From Candidatus Omnitrophota bacterium (GTDB lineage Bacteria > Omnitrophota > Omnitrophia > Omnitrophales > Aquincolibacteriaceae), in the NCBI GenBank assembly GCA_043732705.1, contig JAYTHE010000026.1, positions 12,136 through 76,135 on the forward strand: DNA of 64,000 bases. Direction: 5' to 3'. Of the stretch, positions 55,793 through 64,000 are shown one piece after another (the stretch's first letter is position 1; each line of letters starts with the position of its first letter). The notes under the pieces are model-generated. The model saw nothing but the letters and a program-made list of their open reading frames with translations. It was not told where the DNA came from and did no database searches. A program made the translations under genes and the position numbers.

Positions 55793-57484
55793 ATGGCGTT
55801 TTTAAGTCAAGAAGTGATTGCTTATTTTTCCATGGAAATTGCGTTGCAGTCGGATATGCCGAGTTACAGCGGCGGTTTGGGCGTGCTTGCCGGCGATACA
55901 GTGCGCACAGCCGCTGATCTTGGAATTCCGATGGTGGCAGTAACATTGCTGCACCGTAAAGGTTATTTTAATCAAAAGTTAAATCCCGATGGAACTCAGG
56001 TCGAGTCGCCATCGGAATGGCGTATTGAAGACTTTTTGCAGGAACTGCGCTCCCGCGTTGCGGTTAACATTGAAGGCCGGACAGTGTACATCCGGCTTTG
56101 GCGTTACTTGATCAAGGGTGTTACCGGCGCGACTGTTCCGGTTTATTTTTTAGATACCGACCTTCCCGAAAATTCCGAATGGGACCGCACATTAACTCAT
56201 TTTCTTTATGGTAAAGATCAGCGCTATCGTCTTGCCCAAGAAATTATTTTAGGCGTGGGCGGAGTGCGCATGCTGCGTGTCAAGCGCCACAATAATATTC
56301 GCCGGTTTCATATGAATGAAGGCCACGCCAGTTTACTGACTTGGGAGCTTATGCAAGAGCGGCTCGGTCCGGACCAAAGCCGCACATTGACTGCCGAAGA
56401 TATTAATGCTTTGCGTGAAAAGTGTATTTTTACAACGCATACGCCCGTTCCCGCCGGACATGACCAATTTCCGATGGAACTTGTAGAGCAGGTTCTCGGG
56501 AAACCGGCGATGGAAGCGATTAGCGCGGTTGTGAATGATTCGCATACTTTGAATATGACGCGCTTGGGAATGAATCTCAGTCATTTCATCAATGCTGTTG
56601 CGCGCAAACACGGCGAAATTTCGCGCAAAATGTTTCCCGAGCACAACATTGACTATATTACGAACGGTGTTCACGCTACCAGCTGGACTGCGCCCGCTTT
56701 TCAAGCTTTATATGACCGCTATATTCCCGATTGGAAGAAGGACAATCTTCTTTTTCGTGAAGTTCAAAAGATTCCGCGTCAGGAAATCTGGGACGCGCAT
56801 CAAGCGGCAAAGCGTGATTTGATTGCCTATGTTAAGTCAGCTGCGCAGGTTGAATTTGACCCCGAAGTTTTTACTCTCGGTTTTGCGCGGCGTTCGGTTG
56901 CGTATAAGCGCGCGGATTTATTTTTCGAAGACACCGAACGCCTCAAAAGAATTATCGGAAACCATCCGATTCAAATTGTTTTTGCAGGCAAAGCCCATCC
57001 TCAAGATACTGCCGGCAAAGAACTGATCAAAAATATCCATCGTGCCCGCGCAGCTTTGGCACCGCAGGTTCGCGTTGTTTATTTGGAAGATTATGATATG
57101 GAAATCGGGCGGTTGATGACCTCAGGCGTGGATATTTGGCTGAATAATCCGGAGCGTCCGCTTGAAGCTTCTGGCACCAGCGGAATGAAATCTGCATTAA
57201 ATGGTGTTCCGTCACTTTCAGTTTTAGACGGATGGTGGTGTGAAGGCTGCATTGAAGGTGTGACCGGATGGGCGATTGGCGAGCAATTTAATGAAACCAA
57301 TCAAAATCGTAAAGATGATGCCGACTCGCTTTACTCCAAGCTCGAAAATCTGATTTTGCCGCTTTACTATAAAGAGCGTGCGCGTTATCTCGATATTATG
57401 GCGCAGGTGATTGCTCTTAATGGTACGGCATTTAATACGCAAAGAATGTTATATCAATACGCGCTTAAGGCTTATTTCCTCTAA
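55793..57484 (+). CDS. glgP: Alpha-glucan phosphorylase (GT35, short form)
   Basis: MAFLSQEVIAYFSMEIAL ... SGGLGVLAGD ... a PLP-lysine motif EASGTSGMKSALNGV. Confidence 0.85.
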   Translation: MAFLSQEVIAYFSMEIALQSDMPSYSGGLGVLAGDTVRTAADLGIPMVAVTLLHRKGYFNQKLNPDGTQVESPSEWRIEDFLQELRSRVAVNIEGRTVYIRLWRYLIKGVTGATVPVYFLDTDLPENSEWDRTLTHFLYGKDQRYRLAQEIILGVGGVRMLRVKRHNNIRRFHMNEGHASLLTWELMQERLGPDQSRTLTAEDINALREKCIFTTHTPVPAGHDQFPMELVEQVLGKPAMEAISAVVNDSHTLNMTRLGMNLSHFINAVARKHGEISRKMFPEHNIDYITNGVHATSWTAPAFQALYDRYIPDWKKDNLLFREVQKIPRQEIWDAHQAAKRDLIAYVKSAAQVEFDPEVFTLGFARRSVAYKRADLFFEDTERLKRIIGNHPIQIVFAGKAHPQDTAGKELIKNIHRARAALAPQVRVVYLEDYDMEIGRLMTSGVDIWLNNPERPLEASGTSGMKSALNGVPSLSVLDGWWCEGCIEGVTGWAIGEQFNETNQNRKDDADSLYSKLENLILPLYYKERARYLDIMAQVIALNGTAFNTQRMLYQYALKAYFL

Positions 57485-57501
57485 TCCGTTTCGCCCCATT
57501 T

Positions 57502-57538
57502 AACCGCTTAGGGCCTTTGGCCTTAAGCGGTTTTTTTC
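57502..57538 (+). terminator. Rho-independent terminator after glgP
   Basis: AACCGCTTAGGGCC / GGCCTTAAGCGGTT stem with one G-U position, followed by TTTTTTT. Confidence 0.8.
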
Positions 57539-57848
57539 TATTCCTTGTCTTCATAATCTTGTAATTTATTAATCCTATGTTAGTTTTTGATTAATAATGC
57601 TATTAAATGACTCATATTTTTTTGAATAATCTTTGAATATCCGCCGTCCAAGATGTGAACTTGAAATTATTCACTTAATGATAATGGAGGGGTAAACCGA
57701 AAGAATCCTGACGGTATTTTTATACTGTTATGAACGCTGTCAAAGGCGCTCAGGTAGCAGGGCAAAACCCTGACGGTGAATCAGCGTAAGAGTTTCTGGT
57801 GCGCGTTTTTGTTTAGTGTTACTTCAATTTAAACTCAAGGAGATATTT

Positions 57849-58175
57849 ATGAAAAAGTTTTTGACAGTCTTGGCTTTATTGGCGGTTGCGCTTAATTTCA
57901 GTTCAGTTCGTTTATGGGCTGAAGAAATCAAAGCAGACAGCACGGCGGTTGTTAGCACAGATGCAGTTAAAGGCGGCAGTGATGCTGAAATTGCTCTTGA
58001 AAACGCGGCTGTAGCGGATGATCAGAAAGCGAAGACTGAAGTAGTAGCGCCCGTAGTTGCTGTGCCCGCGGCGGATGCCGCAAAAGCAGTCGTTCCTGCG
58101 GTGACAGAAGAGAAGAAGGAAGCTATGGGCTCTGTTCTTCCTGTAACCACACAAGATCAGGCTAAGATTTCCTAA
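57849..58175 (+). CDS. Small secreted Ala/Val-rich protein
   Basis: AAGGAG RBS. Signal peptide MKKFLTVLALLAVALNFSS. Low-complexity A/V/E/K-rich mature region. Confidence 0.5.
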   Translation: MKKFLTVLALLAVALNFSSVRLWAEEIKADSTAVVSTDAVKGGSDAEIALENAAVADDQKAKTEVVAPVVAVPAADAAKAVVPAVTEEKKEAMGSVLPVTTQDQAKIS

Positions 58176-58196
58176 TCTTTTCCTGGCTGAGAGAAT

Positions 58197-58232
58197 AAAA
58201 AGCGGCTTGGGTTTCCCAAGCCGCTTTTTCTA
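58197..58232 (+). terminator. Rho-independent terminator
   Basis: AAAAGCGGCTTGGG-TTT-CCCAAGCCGCTTTTTC. Stem about 11 bp, with flanking A-tract and T-tract. Confidence 0.8.
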
Positions 58233-58464
58233 TCTTCTGTTTTATATTGCGACCATCAACAAGCCTGCGGTCGTCTTTTGGCAATCCTCGATAAAAATCG
58301 AACCGGGCATGCTGCGCTTTGAACCTCAATTTTTGATAATGCTTGGATTGGTCTCTAGCGTATTTTTAGGGTATTTCTCGAGAGGATTTTCAGAAAGTTC
58401 TTTTCGGATTTAGGGCAAACAGGCTATATTGCTTCAACGTCAGACTAAACTGAGACAATAATAT

Positions 58465-59004
58465 ATGTTATGTTCCTGCGGTAAAAAAGAGGCGACAATT
58501 CATTTGACCGAAATTGTCAACGCTCAAGTCACGGAGCTTCACTTATGCGAAGCTTGCGCGAAAGATCAGGGAACTGACTTTAAGCAATTTCTTGCCCCTT
58601 TGCAGGGCGGTATGCCGGATTTGGCGGGTATGTTTTCAAAAGCCATGGGGTTGGCTCCCGGACAGGATATGAAGTGCCAGTCCTGCGGCATGACCATGGG
58701 TGATTTTGAAAAGGCGGGCCGTTTGGGATGTGCCGGTTGTTATAAGACCTTTGCGCCTTATTTACTACCGTTGATTAAACGGATTCACCGTCATGACCAG
58801 CATCACGGAAAAACGCCGGGAAATGTAAAACAGGTTGTTGCCGATAATAAAGCAGCCCCGCGGGGTAAATTGTCCGATTTGGCGATCCTGCGCAAAAAAC
58901 TCACCGAATGTGTGAAGACTGAAGATTATGAGGACGCGGCACGGCTGCGTGATGAAATTCAAAAATATGAAAAGTCCCATTCTAAAAAAAAGGTTAATTT
59001 GTGA
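58465..59004 (+). CDS. McsA-like zinc-finger protein with C-terminal UVR domain (UvrB/UvrC motif-containing protein)
   Basis: CSCGKKEATIHLTEIVNAQVTELHLCEAC ... CQSCGMTMGDFEKAGRLGCAGCYKTF ... LRKKLTECVKTEDYEDAARLRDEIQKYE. Collinear with McsA. Confidence 0.8.
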   Translation: MLCSCGKKEATIHLTEIVNAQVTELHLCEACAKDQGTDFKQFLAPLQGGMPDLAGMFSKAMGLAPGQDMKCQSCGMTMGDFEKAGRLGCAGCYKTFAPYLLPLIKRIHRHDQHHGKTPGNVKQVVADNKAAPRGKLSDLAILRKKLTECVKTEDYEDAARLRDEIQKYEKSHSKKKVNL

Positions 59005-59107
59005 GCGGAAAATATAAAGTAAATGACGACATTTTTTTATGGAGCAGCGCGAACATAAATAATGATGGGTCGGAATTTATCCCAGAAAAATGCGCAGCAT
59101 TTCATCC

Positions 59108-59146
59108 GGGACCCAGGCTAGATTCCCGCCTGCGCGGGAATGACAG
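59108..59146. repeat. Degenerate hairpin repeat pair upstream of topA
   Basis: GGGACCCAGG remnant followed by CTAGATTCCCGCCTGCGCGGGAATGACAG at 59118-59146. Confidence 0.75.
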
Positions 59147-59158
59147 GAAAGTTTAAAT

Positions 59159-61741
59159 ATGGCACATTATAAAGCTCTCGTGGTAGTTGAGTCTCCTACC
59201 AAAGTTAAAAAAATAAGTGCGTTTTTAGGAAAAGATTACAAAGTCATGGCCAGCGTCGGCCATGTACGCGATTTGCCTTCCAGCGCGTCCGAAATTCCGG
59301 CGGCCATGAAAAAAGAAAAATGGCGAACACTCGGTGTCAATGTAAACGATGATTTCAAACCGTATTATCTTGTCTCATCCGAAAAAAAGAAGATTGTCGC
59401 TGAAATTAAAAAGGCTGCGGATGAATCCGACGAACTCTTGATCGCGACCGACGAAGACCGCGAAGGCGAGAGCATTGGCTGGCATCTCATTGAAGTGCTT
59501 CAGCCTGAAGTTCCGGTACGGCGCATGGTTTTTTCTGAAATCACAAAAGAAGCTATTCAAACCGCATTAACACAAACCCGCAAGCTTGATTTGCATTTGG
59601 TGAATGCGCAGGAAACACGCCGTATTTTGGACCGCCTTTACGGGTACACATTAAGTCCTTTGCTTTGGAAGAAAATCGCGCGCGGCCTTTCCGCAGGACG
59701 TGTTCAGTCGGTTGCGGTGCGGCTTTTAGTTGAGCGCGAACTCGAGCGCCTCGCATTTCGCAGCGGAACTTATTGGGATTTGAAAGCTTCGCTTGCCAAG
59801 ACCACAGGCGATCGTTCTTTTGAAGCGCATCTTTTTAAAGTCGGAAGTAAGCGCGTTGCGGAAGGCCGTGACTTTGATGAATCCACCGGAAAACTGAAAG
59901 CGGACGTGGATGTTTTGCTTTTGGATGAAAAGGCCGCCGGAGTATTAAAAGAAAAAGTTCTGACAAGTCCTTGGAAAATTTCAAACATTGAAACCAAGGC
60001 GCAGATCCGCCGCCCTTATCCGCCGTTTACAACCAGCAGCCTTCAACAGGAGTCCAACCGCAAGCTTGGTTTTACCGCGCGGCGCACGATGCAGGTCGCA
60101 CAGGGACTTTATGAAAATGGACACATTACCTATATGCGTACCGACAGCGTTAATCTTTCCGGTGAAGCTATGAAAGCCGCGCGCGGTGCGGTGCTTGAAC
60201 GCTACGGTAAAGAATTTTTAAGTCCCGAGCCCAGACAGTTTCAAAATAAATCCAAGAACGCGCAGGAAGCCCACGAAGCGATTCGTCCCGCCGGAACGGA
60301 AATGAAAAAGGGCGAAGAACTTGGTTTAGCGGGTGAAGAATTGAAACTGTATGACATGATTTGGAAGCGCACCATGGCGACGCAGATGGCGGACGCGCGC
60401 GTTCAATTTGAAACGGTTTTTATCTCTGCCGCTGACGCGGAATTCCGCGCGACCGGCAAAAAGATTTTATTTCCCGGTTTCTTCAAAGCATATGTGGAAG
60501 ATGTGGATGATCCCGAAGCGAAGGGTGATGACCATGAAACCGAATTGCCCGAGTTGGCGGTAGATGAAAATTTGAATTGTAAAAATGTCGAAGCGATTTC
60601 GCATGAAACGAAACCGCCCGCGCGTTATACCGAAGCGTCGCTTGTAAAGGCGCTGGAAGAAAAAGGGATCGGCCGTCCGAGTACTTATGCTTCGATTATC
60701 GGAACGATTCAAGACCGCGGCTATGTGCGTAAAGCCGGCAATCAATTGATTCCTACCTTTGTAGCGATTGCCGTGACACAACTTTTGGAAAAAAACTTTC
60801 CCAAGCTTGTTGACTATAATTTTACGGCGAAGATGGAAGACTCGCTGGACGATATCGCGGCCGGCAAAGCGGAAGAGCTGCCTTATTTGCAGAATTTTTA
60901 TAACGGTGAAGAGGGTTTGGCTCAGCGCGTTAAAGTGGGCGAAGAAAAAATTGATGCGCGCGCGTCATGCACTTTGAGGTTTCCGGATTTGGATTATGAT
61001 ATTCGTGTCGGCCGCTATGGGCCTTATTTTGAAGTGATTACCGGTGAAACCAAAGTGACCGCCGGAATTCCTGAAACTTGCGCGCCCGGAGATTTGTCGA
61101 ATGCTGTAGCTAAGCAAATTATTGCGGACAAAGAAAAAGGCCCGCAAAGCATGGGAACGCATCCCGAAACAGGGCTACCGATTTTTCTGATGCGCGGTCC
61201 TTACGGTCCCTATATTCAGTTGGGCGAAGTTAAAGAAGGCGAAAAAAAGCCTAAGCGTGTTGGTATTCCTAAGACGATGGACGCCAATGCAGTTGATTTT
61301 GAAAAATCACTGGCACTTTTACAATTACCTCGTAATTTAGGCCCGCATCCGGCTGATGGTAAATCTGTTTTTGCAAATACGGGGCGCTTCGGTCCGTATG
61401 TCAGCCATGATGGAAAATTTAAGTCCATTCCTAAAGACCAGGACGTGCTGGCAATTGAATTACCTGCGGCCGTAGAATTGATTGCACAGGCCAAGGGCCG
61501 CGCGACAGCGAAACCCATCAAAGAATTAGGCAATCATCCTGATGGTGATGCGGTTGGAATTTATGAAGGTAAATACGGTCCTTATGTAAAACATAAGAAA
61601 ACCAATGCCACGATTCCAAAACAAACCGATCCGCAAAGTGTCACGCTTGAGCAGGCGCTTGAACTTTTGAAAGCGCGTGAAGCTAAAGGCAAGAAGAAAC
61701 CTGCGCGCGGCGGCAAACGTTCTAAAAAATCTGCTGAGTAA
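59159..61741 (+). CDS. topA: DNA topoisomerase I
   Basis: TOPRIM N-terminus (ALVVVESPTKVKKISAFLGKDYKVMASVGHVRDLP). Active-site region. Three C-terminal Topo_C repeat motifs (GPYGPYIQLG, GRFGPYVSHDG, GKYGPYVKHKK). Lys-rich tail. Confidence 0.93.
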   Translation: MAHYKALVVVESPTKVKKISAFLGKDYKVMASVGHVRDLPSSASEIPAAMKKEKWRTLGVNVNDDFKPYYLVSSEKKKIVAEIKKAADESDELLIATDEDREGESIGWHLIEVLQPEVPVRRMVFSEITKEAIQTALTQTRKLDLHLVNAQETRRILDRLYGYTLSPLLWKKIARGLSAGRVQSVAVRLLVERELERLAFRSGTYWDLKASLAKTTGDRSFEAHLFKVGSKRVAEGRDFDESTGKLKADVDVLLLDEKAAGVLKEKVLTSPWKISNIETKAQIRRPYPPFTTSSLQQESNRKLGFTARRTMQVAQGLYENGHITYMRTDSVNLSGEAMKAARGAVLERYGKEFLSPEPRQFQNKSKNAQEAHEAIRPAGTEMKKGEELGLAGEELKLYDMIWKRTMATQMADARVQFETVFISAADAEFRATGKKILFPGFFKAYVEDVDDPEAKGDDHETELPELAVDENLNCKNVEAISHETKPPARYTEASLVKALEEKGIGRPSTYASIIGTIQDRGYVRKAGNQLIPTFVAIAVTQLLEKNFPKLVDYNFTAKMEDSLDDIAAGKAEELPYLQNFYNGEEGLAQRVKVGEEKIDARASCTLRFPDLDYDIRVGRYGPYFEVITGETKVTAGIPETCAPGDLSNAVAKQIIADKEKGPQSMGTHPETGLPIFLMRGPYGPYIQLGEVKEGEKKPKRVGIPKTMDANAVDFEKSLALLQLPRNLGPHPADGKSVFANTGRFGPYVSHDGKFKSIPKDQDVLAIELPAAVELIAQAKGRATAKPIKELGNHPDGDAVGIYEGKYGPYVKHKKTNATIPKQTDPQSVTLEQALELLKAREAKGKKKPARGGKRSKKSAE

Positions 61742-61776
61742 CCCGGTAATTTTAAGTTCTTAACGAAAGAAAACTC

Positions 61777-62589
61777 ATGAAACTTGATAATGCGCTTGTG
61801 GTGATTGATATTGAATCAACCGGAACTTGGGTTGAAAAAGACCGGATTATCGAAATTGCTTTGATTAAATATTTGCCCGACGGAAAAAAAGAAGTTTTTG
61901 AAAAAAGGATTAACCCGGGAATGCCGATTCCGCCTTTCGTCGTCCAGTTGACGGGGATATCGGATGCCGACGTAAAAGACGCGCCGGCTTTTAAATCAGT
62001 CGCGCAAAGCGCGATTGCTTTTATCGGTTCCGCGGATATGGGCGGCTTCAACATCGAACGTTTTGATTTGCCGCTTTTGGAGCGGGAATGCGCGGACGCG
62101 GGTTTCCGTTTTGAGTGGAAAAACAGGAAGATATATGACGCGCAAAAGGTTTTTCATTTGAACGAAAAACGCGATCTTTCGGCGGCATATCAGTTTTATT
62201 GCGGACAGGACTTGGTGGGGGCGCATTCTGCCAGAGCGGATAGTGAAGCGGTTTTTGCTATTTTGGAAAAACAAGTTCAAAAGTACGGCGCGGGTTCCGA
62301 CGCTCTTTCTATTTTGGATCAGTTTGAGTATACATCCAGCACCGAGTTTTATGACACGGAAAGAAAGTTTTGCTGGTGGGACGGGAAACTTTATTTGATG
62401 TTCGGAAAATACGCGCGCAAACTGCCGCTTGAAGAAATTGTGAAAGTGGATACGGGTTATTTAACTTGGATTTTAAAATCTGATTTTTCAGACGGTGTTA
62501 AAAATATTATTCGTGCCGCGATGAAAGGTGAAATTCCTTCGCGAAAATCAAATTCAAACCCAACTCCCGCTCAAACAACCGCGTCCTGA
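61777..62589 (+). CDS. DEDDh 3'-5' exonuclease (DnaQ/epsilon-like) with C-terminal extension
   Basis: Exo I VVIDIESTG. Exo II FNIERFDLPLL. Exo III HSARADSEAV with Y-x3-D-like context. Confidence 0.75.
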   Translation: MKLDNALVVIDIESTGTWVEKDRIIEIALIKYLPDGKKEVFEKRINPGMPIPPFVVQLTGISDADVKDAPAFKSVAQSAIAFIGSADMGGFNIERFDLPLLERECADAGFRFEWKNRKIYDAQKVFHLNEKRDLSAAYQFYCGQDLVGAHSARADSEAVFAILEKQVQKYGAGSDALSILDQFEYTSSTEFYDTERKFCWWDGKLYLMFGKYARKLPLEEIVKVDTGYLTWILKSDFSDGVKNIIRAAMKGEIPSRKSNSNPTPAQTTAS

Positions 62590-62732
62590 CGGCGCGGAAC
62601 TCGCGGTTTTTGAGTTTGAATTTGATTTTCGCTCAGCTGGGCCATAATAAAGAACTGCGTCTGTTTTAAATTTGCGCTCCTGAATGTCGCGCCTGGGTTG
62701 TTTAATTGAAAAGTAAAAATTGAGAGGAAATT

Positions 62733-63200
62733 ATGTCGAAGCGTGTACTTTCATTTCATTATATTCTTACCAATAAAAAAGGCGAAACGATTGATTCGTC
62801 TCGCGGCGCCGAAGTTTTTCCGGTGTTGGAAGGTGCCCAGCAAATTATTCCCGGCCTTGAAGCCGAACTTTTTCAAATGAAAGCCGGTGATAAAAAGAAA
62901 ATCCATGTGACGGCGGACAAAGCCTATGGCCTCGTGCGCGAGGATTTACGCGTTAAAGTGAGCCGCGGACAGCTTCCGGACGGCGAAATCAAAGTCGGCG
63001 TTCAATTTAGTGCGGGCGAAGGGCATGGCCCCGTTTTTACCGTGATCAAGATCGAAGAAGACGGCGTACACTTGGATGGCAATCATCCTTTAGCCGGCGA
63101 AGATTTAACTTTTGACGTAGAAGTGACGGATGTGCGCGATGCGACGGCGGAAGAGGAGCAGCATGGACATGCTCATGGGCCACATGGTCACCACCACTAA
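62733..63200 (+). CDS. slyD: FKBP-type peptidyl-prolyl cis-trans isomerase SlyD with His-rich tail
   Basis: Collinear with SlyD, including the IF domain and the C-terminal HGHAHGPHGHHH metal-binding tail. Confidence 0.88.
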   Translation: MSKRVLSFHYILTNKKGETIDSSRGAEVFPVLEGAQQIIPGLEAELFQMKAGDKKKIHVTADKAYGLVREDLRVKVSRGQLPDGEIKVGVQFSAGEGHGPVFTVIKIEEDGVHLDGNHPLAGEDLTFDVEVTDVRDATAEEEQHGHAHGPHGHHH

Positions 63201-63325
63201 AATTTATTGAAAAAGGTCATCTGCTGCGTCATTCACGTCGTTTCCTTGTGCGGCGTATTACCGCATACGCCTCCGCGGGCACTAGTGAATTCCTTGCATC
63301 TGAACCTTTTTGAATAAATTTTTCT

Positions 63326-64000
63326 ATGAAAAAGCTAACATCAAAATTTTTTGAGAATGTGAAATCAAAGCGAAACGGCCGATATGCGAATATCGGCCGT
63401 TTACGTTTGTATTACGAAATTCACGGAAGGGGCGAGCCGCTTTTTTGGCTGCATGGCGGGCTTTCCTGCATTGACGGCCTGCGCTTTCAAATCCCTTATT
63501 TTGCTGGAAGCAAATATCATAATCGTAGTGAGCATTTCAAAGTGATTCTTCCTGAAAGGCCGGGGCATGGGCATACAGCCGATATTGCGGGCGCTTATTC
63601 TTACGAGCAAATGGCCGTTCAGACTTTTGAGTTAATGAAGAAATTAAAAATTAAAAAGGCGAACTTTGCCGGATACAGTGACGGCGCGAATTTGCTTCTA
63701 TGGTTAGCTGCGAAATATCCCACATGCGTTAAAAAAATAGTTTTAGTCGGCGGGAATTTTCATCATCGCGGATGTGAGTCTGAGTTTCAGAAGCATTTGC
63801 GCAAACAAAATGCGGGAATGGATCCGCGCTATGCGGCCTATTCTCCGGACGGCGCCGGGCATTACGTGGAAGTGTTTGAAAAGTGCCGTAAATTGTGGCT
63901 GACCGAGCCTCGGTGGAAAACCAGCCTCCTGAAAAAAATTCGCTGCCCCGTTCTGGTGATGGCGGGTGACCGCGATATGATTAAGCCCGAGCATACGCTT
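63326..64000 (+). CDS. Alpha/beta-hydrolase fold protein, 3'-truncated by the window end
   Basis: Read by hand; the ORF has no stop, so it is absent from the table. MKKLTSKFF ... LFWLHGGLS (HGG oxyanion motif) ... FAGYSDGANLLL (GxSxG nucleophile elbow). Confidence 0.65.
   Translation, partial: MKKLTSKFFENVKSKRNGRYANIGRLRLYYEIHGRGEPLFWLHGGLSCIDGLRFQIPYFAGSKYHNRSEHFKVILPERPGHGHTADIAGAYSYEQMAVQTFELMKKLKIKKANFAGYSDGANLLLWLAAKYPTCVKKIVLVGGNFHHRGCESEFQKHLRKQNAGMDPRYAAYSPDGAGHYVEVFEKCRKLWLTEPRWKTSLLKKIRCPVLVMAGDRDMIKPEHTL

Noticed and set aside
57690-57790. c-di-GMP-I (GEMM) riboswitch call for the leader containing GGGCAAAACC and a GAAA loop
   Set aside because: The GNRA loop precedes rather than follows the GGGCAAACC-like element, and the conserved P1/P2 pairing partners are not evident. 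Retained only as a low-confidence structured leader.
2498-59146. Possibility that the recurring ~28-bp repeats form a CRISPR array
   Set aside because: The copies are dispersed over 57 kb, occur as inverted pairs with variable short spacers, are themselves hairpins, and no cas genes are present. The pattern is MITE/REP-like, not CRISPR.

Overview
This 64 kb window looks bacterial, with moderate GC and most genes on the + strand. It resembles a mostly chromosomal region of an uncultivated-type bacterium with accessory islands.

Main contents, left to right:
- A 5'-truncated ORF running off the window start.
- Three genes carrying a prepilin-type N-terminal cleavage/methylation motif (pseudopilins, genes at 1090, 16562 and 17031) plus a large PilX-like Ser/Thr/Gly-rich protein.
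- An (alpha/alpha)6 glycoside-hydrolase-like protein with a CBM9-like tail.
- An XRE-cupin regulator followed by an efflux operon: a TolC-like outer-membrane factor, a membrane-fusion protein and two tandem RND permeases. The second permease has an unusual RDD-like C-terminal extension.
- A two-component cluster with three paralogous 7TM-GAF sensor histidine kinases, two single-domain receivers and a SAM methyltransferase. Part of it is visibly AT-rich.
- A small GIY-YIG nuclease gene, rfbC, an RlmD/RumA-type rRNA methyltransferase and a FadL-like outer-membrane protein.
- A giant 12.4 kb gene (4150 aa) encoding a secreted multidomain protein. Its domains, in order, are: five tandem Ig-like repeats; YD/RHS-like repeats; six FG-GAP-like Ca-binding repeats; a coiled coil; a DUF4214-like motif; a C39-like cysteine-peptidase motif; a 330-aa glycine-zipper hydrophobic block; and a variable C-terminus.
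- Flanking the giant gene: an upstream ribbon-helix-helix-like mini-ORF coupled to its start; a downstream small ORF coupled to its stop (candidate immunity protein); an IS200/RAYT-type Y1 transposase; and a chain of coupled small ORFs in AT-rich DNA.
- Lipoprotein paralogs, an rRNA m5C methyltransferase, a DUF2892-like protein, a glycogen cluster (glgB-glgX-glgP), a McsA-like protein, topA, a DEDDh exonuclease, slyD and a partial alpha/beta hydrolase.

A family of roughly 28-bp hairpin units (TGTCATTCCCGCGAAGGCGGGAATCCAG and variants) occurs at nine loci, usually as inverted pairs (MITE/REP-like). At two loci they generate spurious ORF starts, at one they overlap a gene stop, and once they sit in-frame inside the rlmD-like gene.

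No rRNA, tRNA or CRISPR features were found. The most notable candidate novel system is the giant polymorphic-toxin-like gene together with its coupled RHH ORF, immunity-like ORF and RAYT-bearing AT-rich cassette region.
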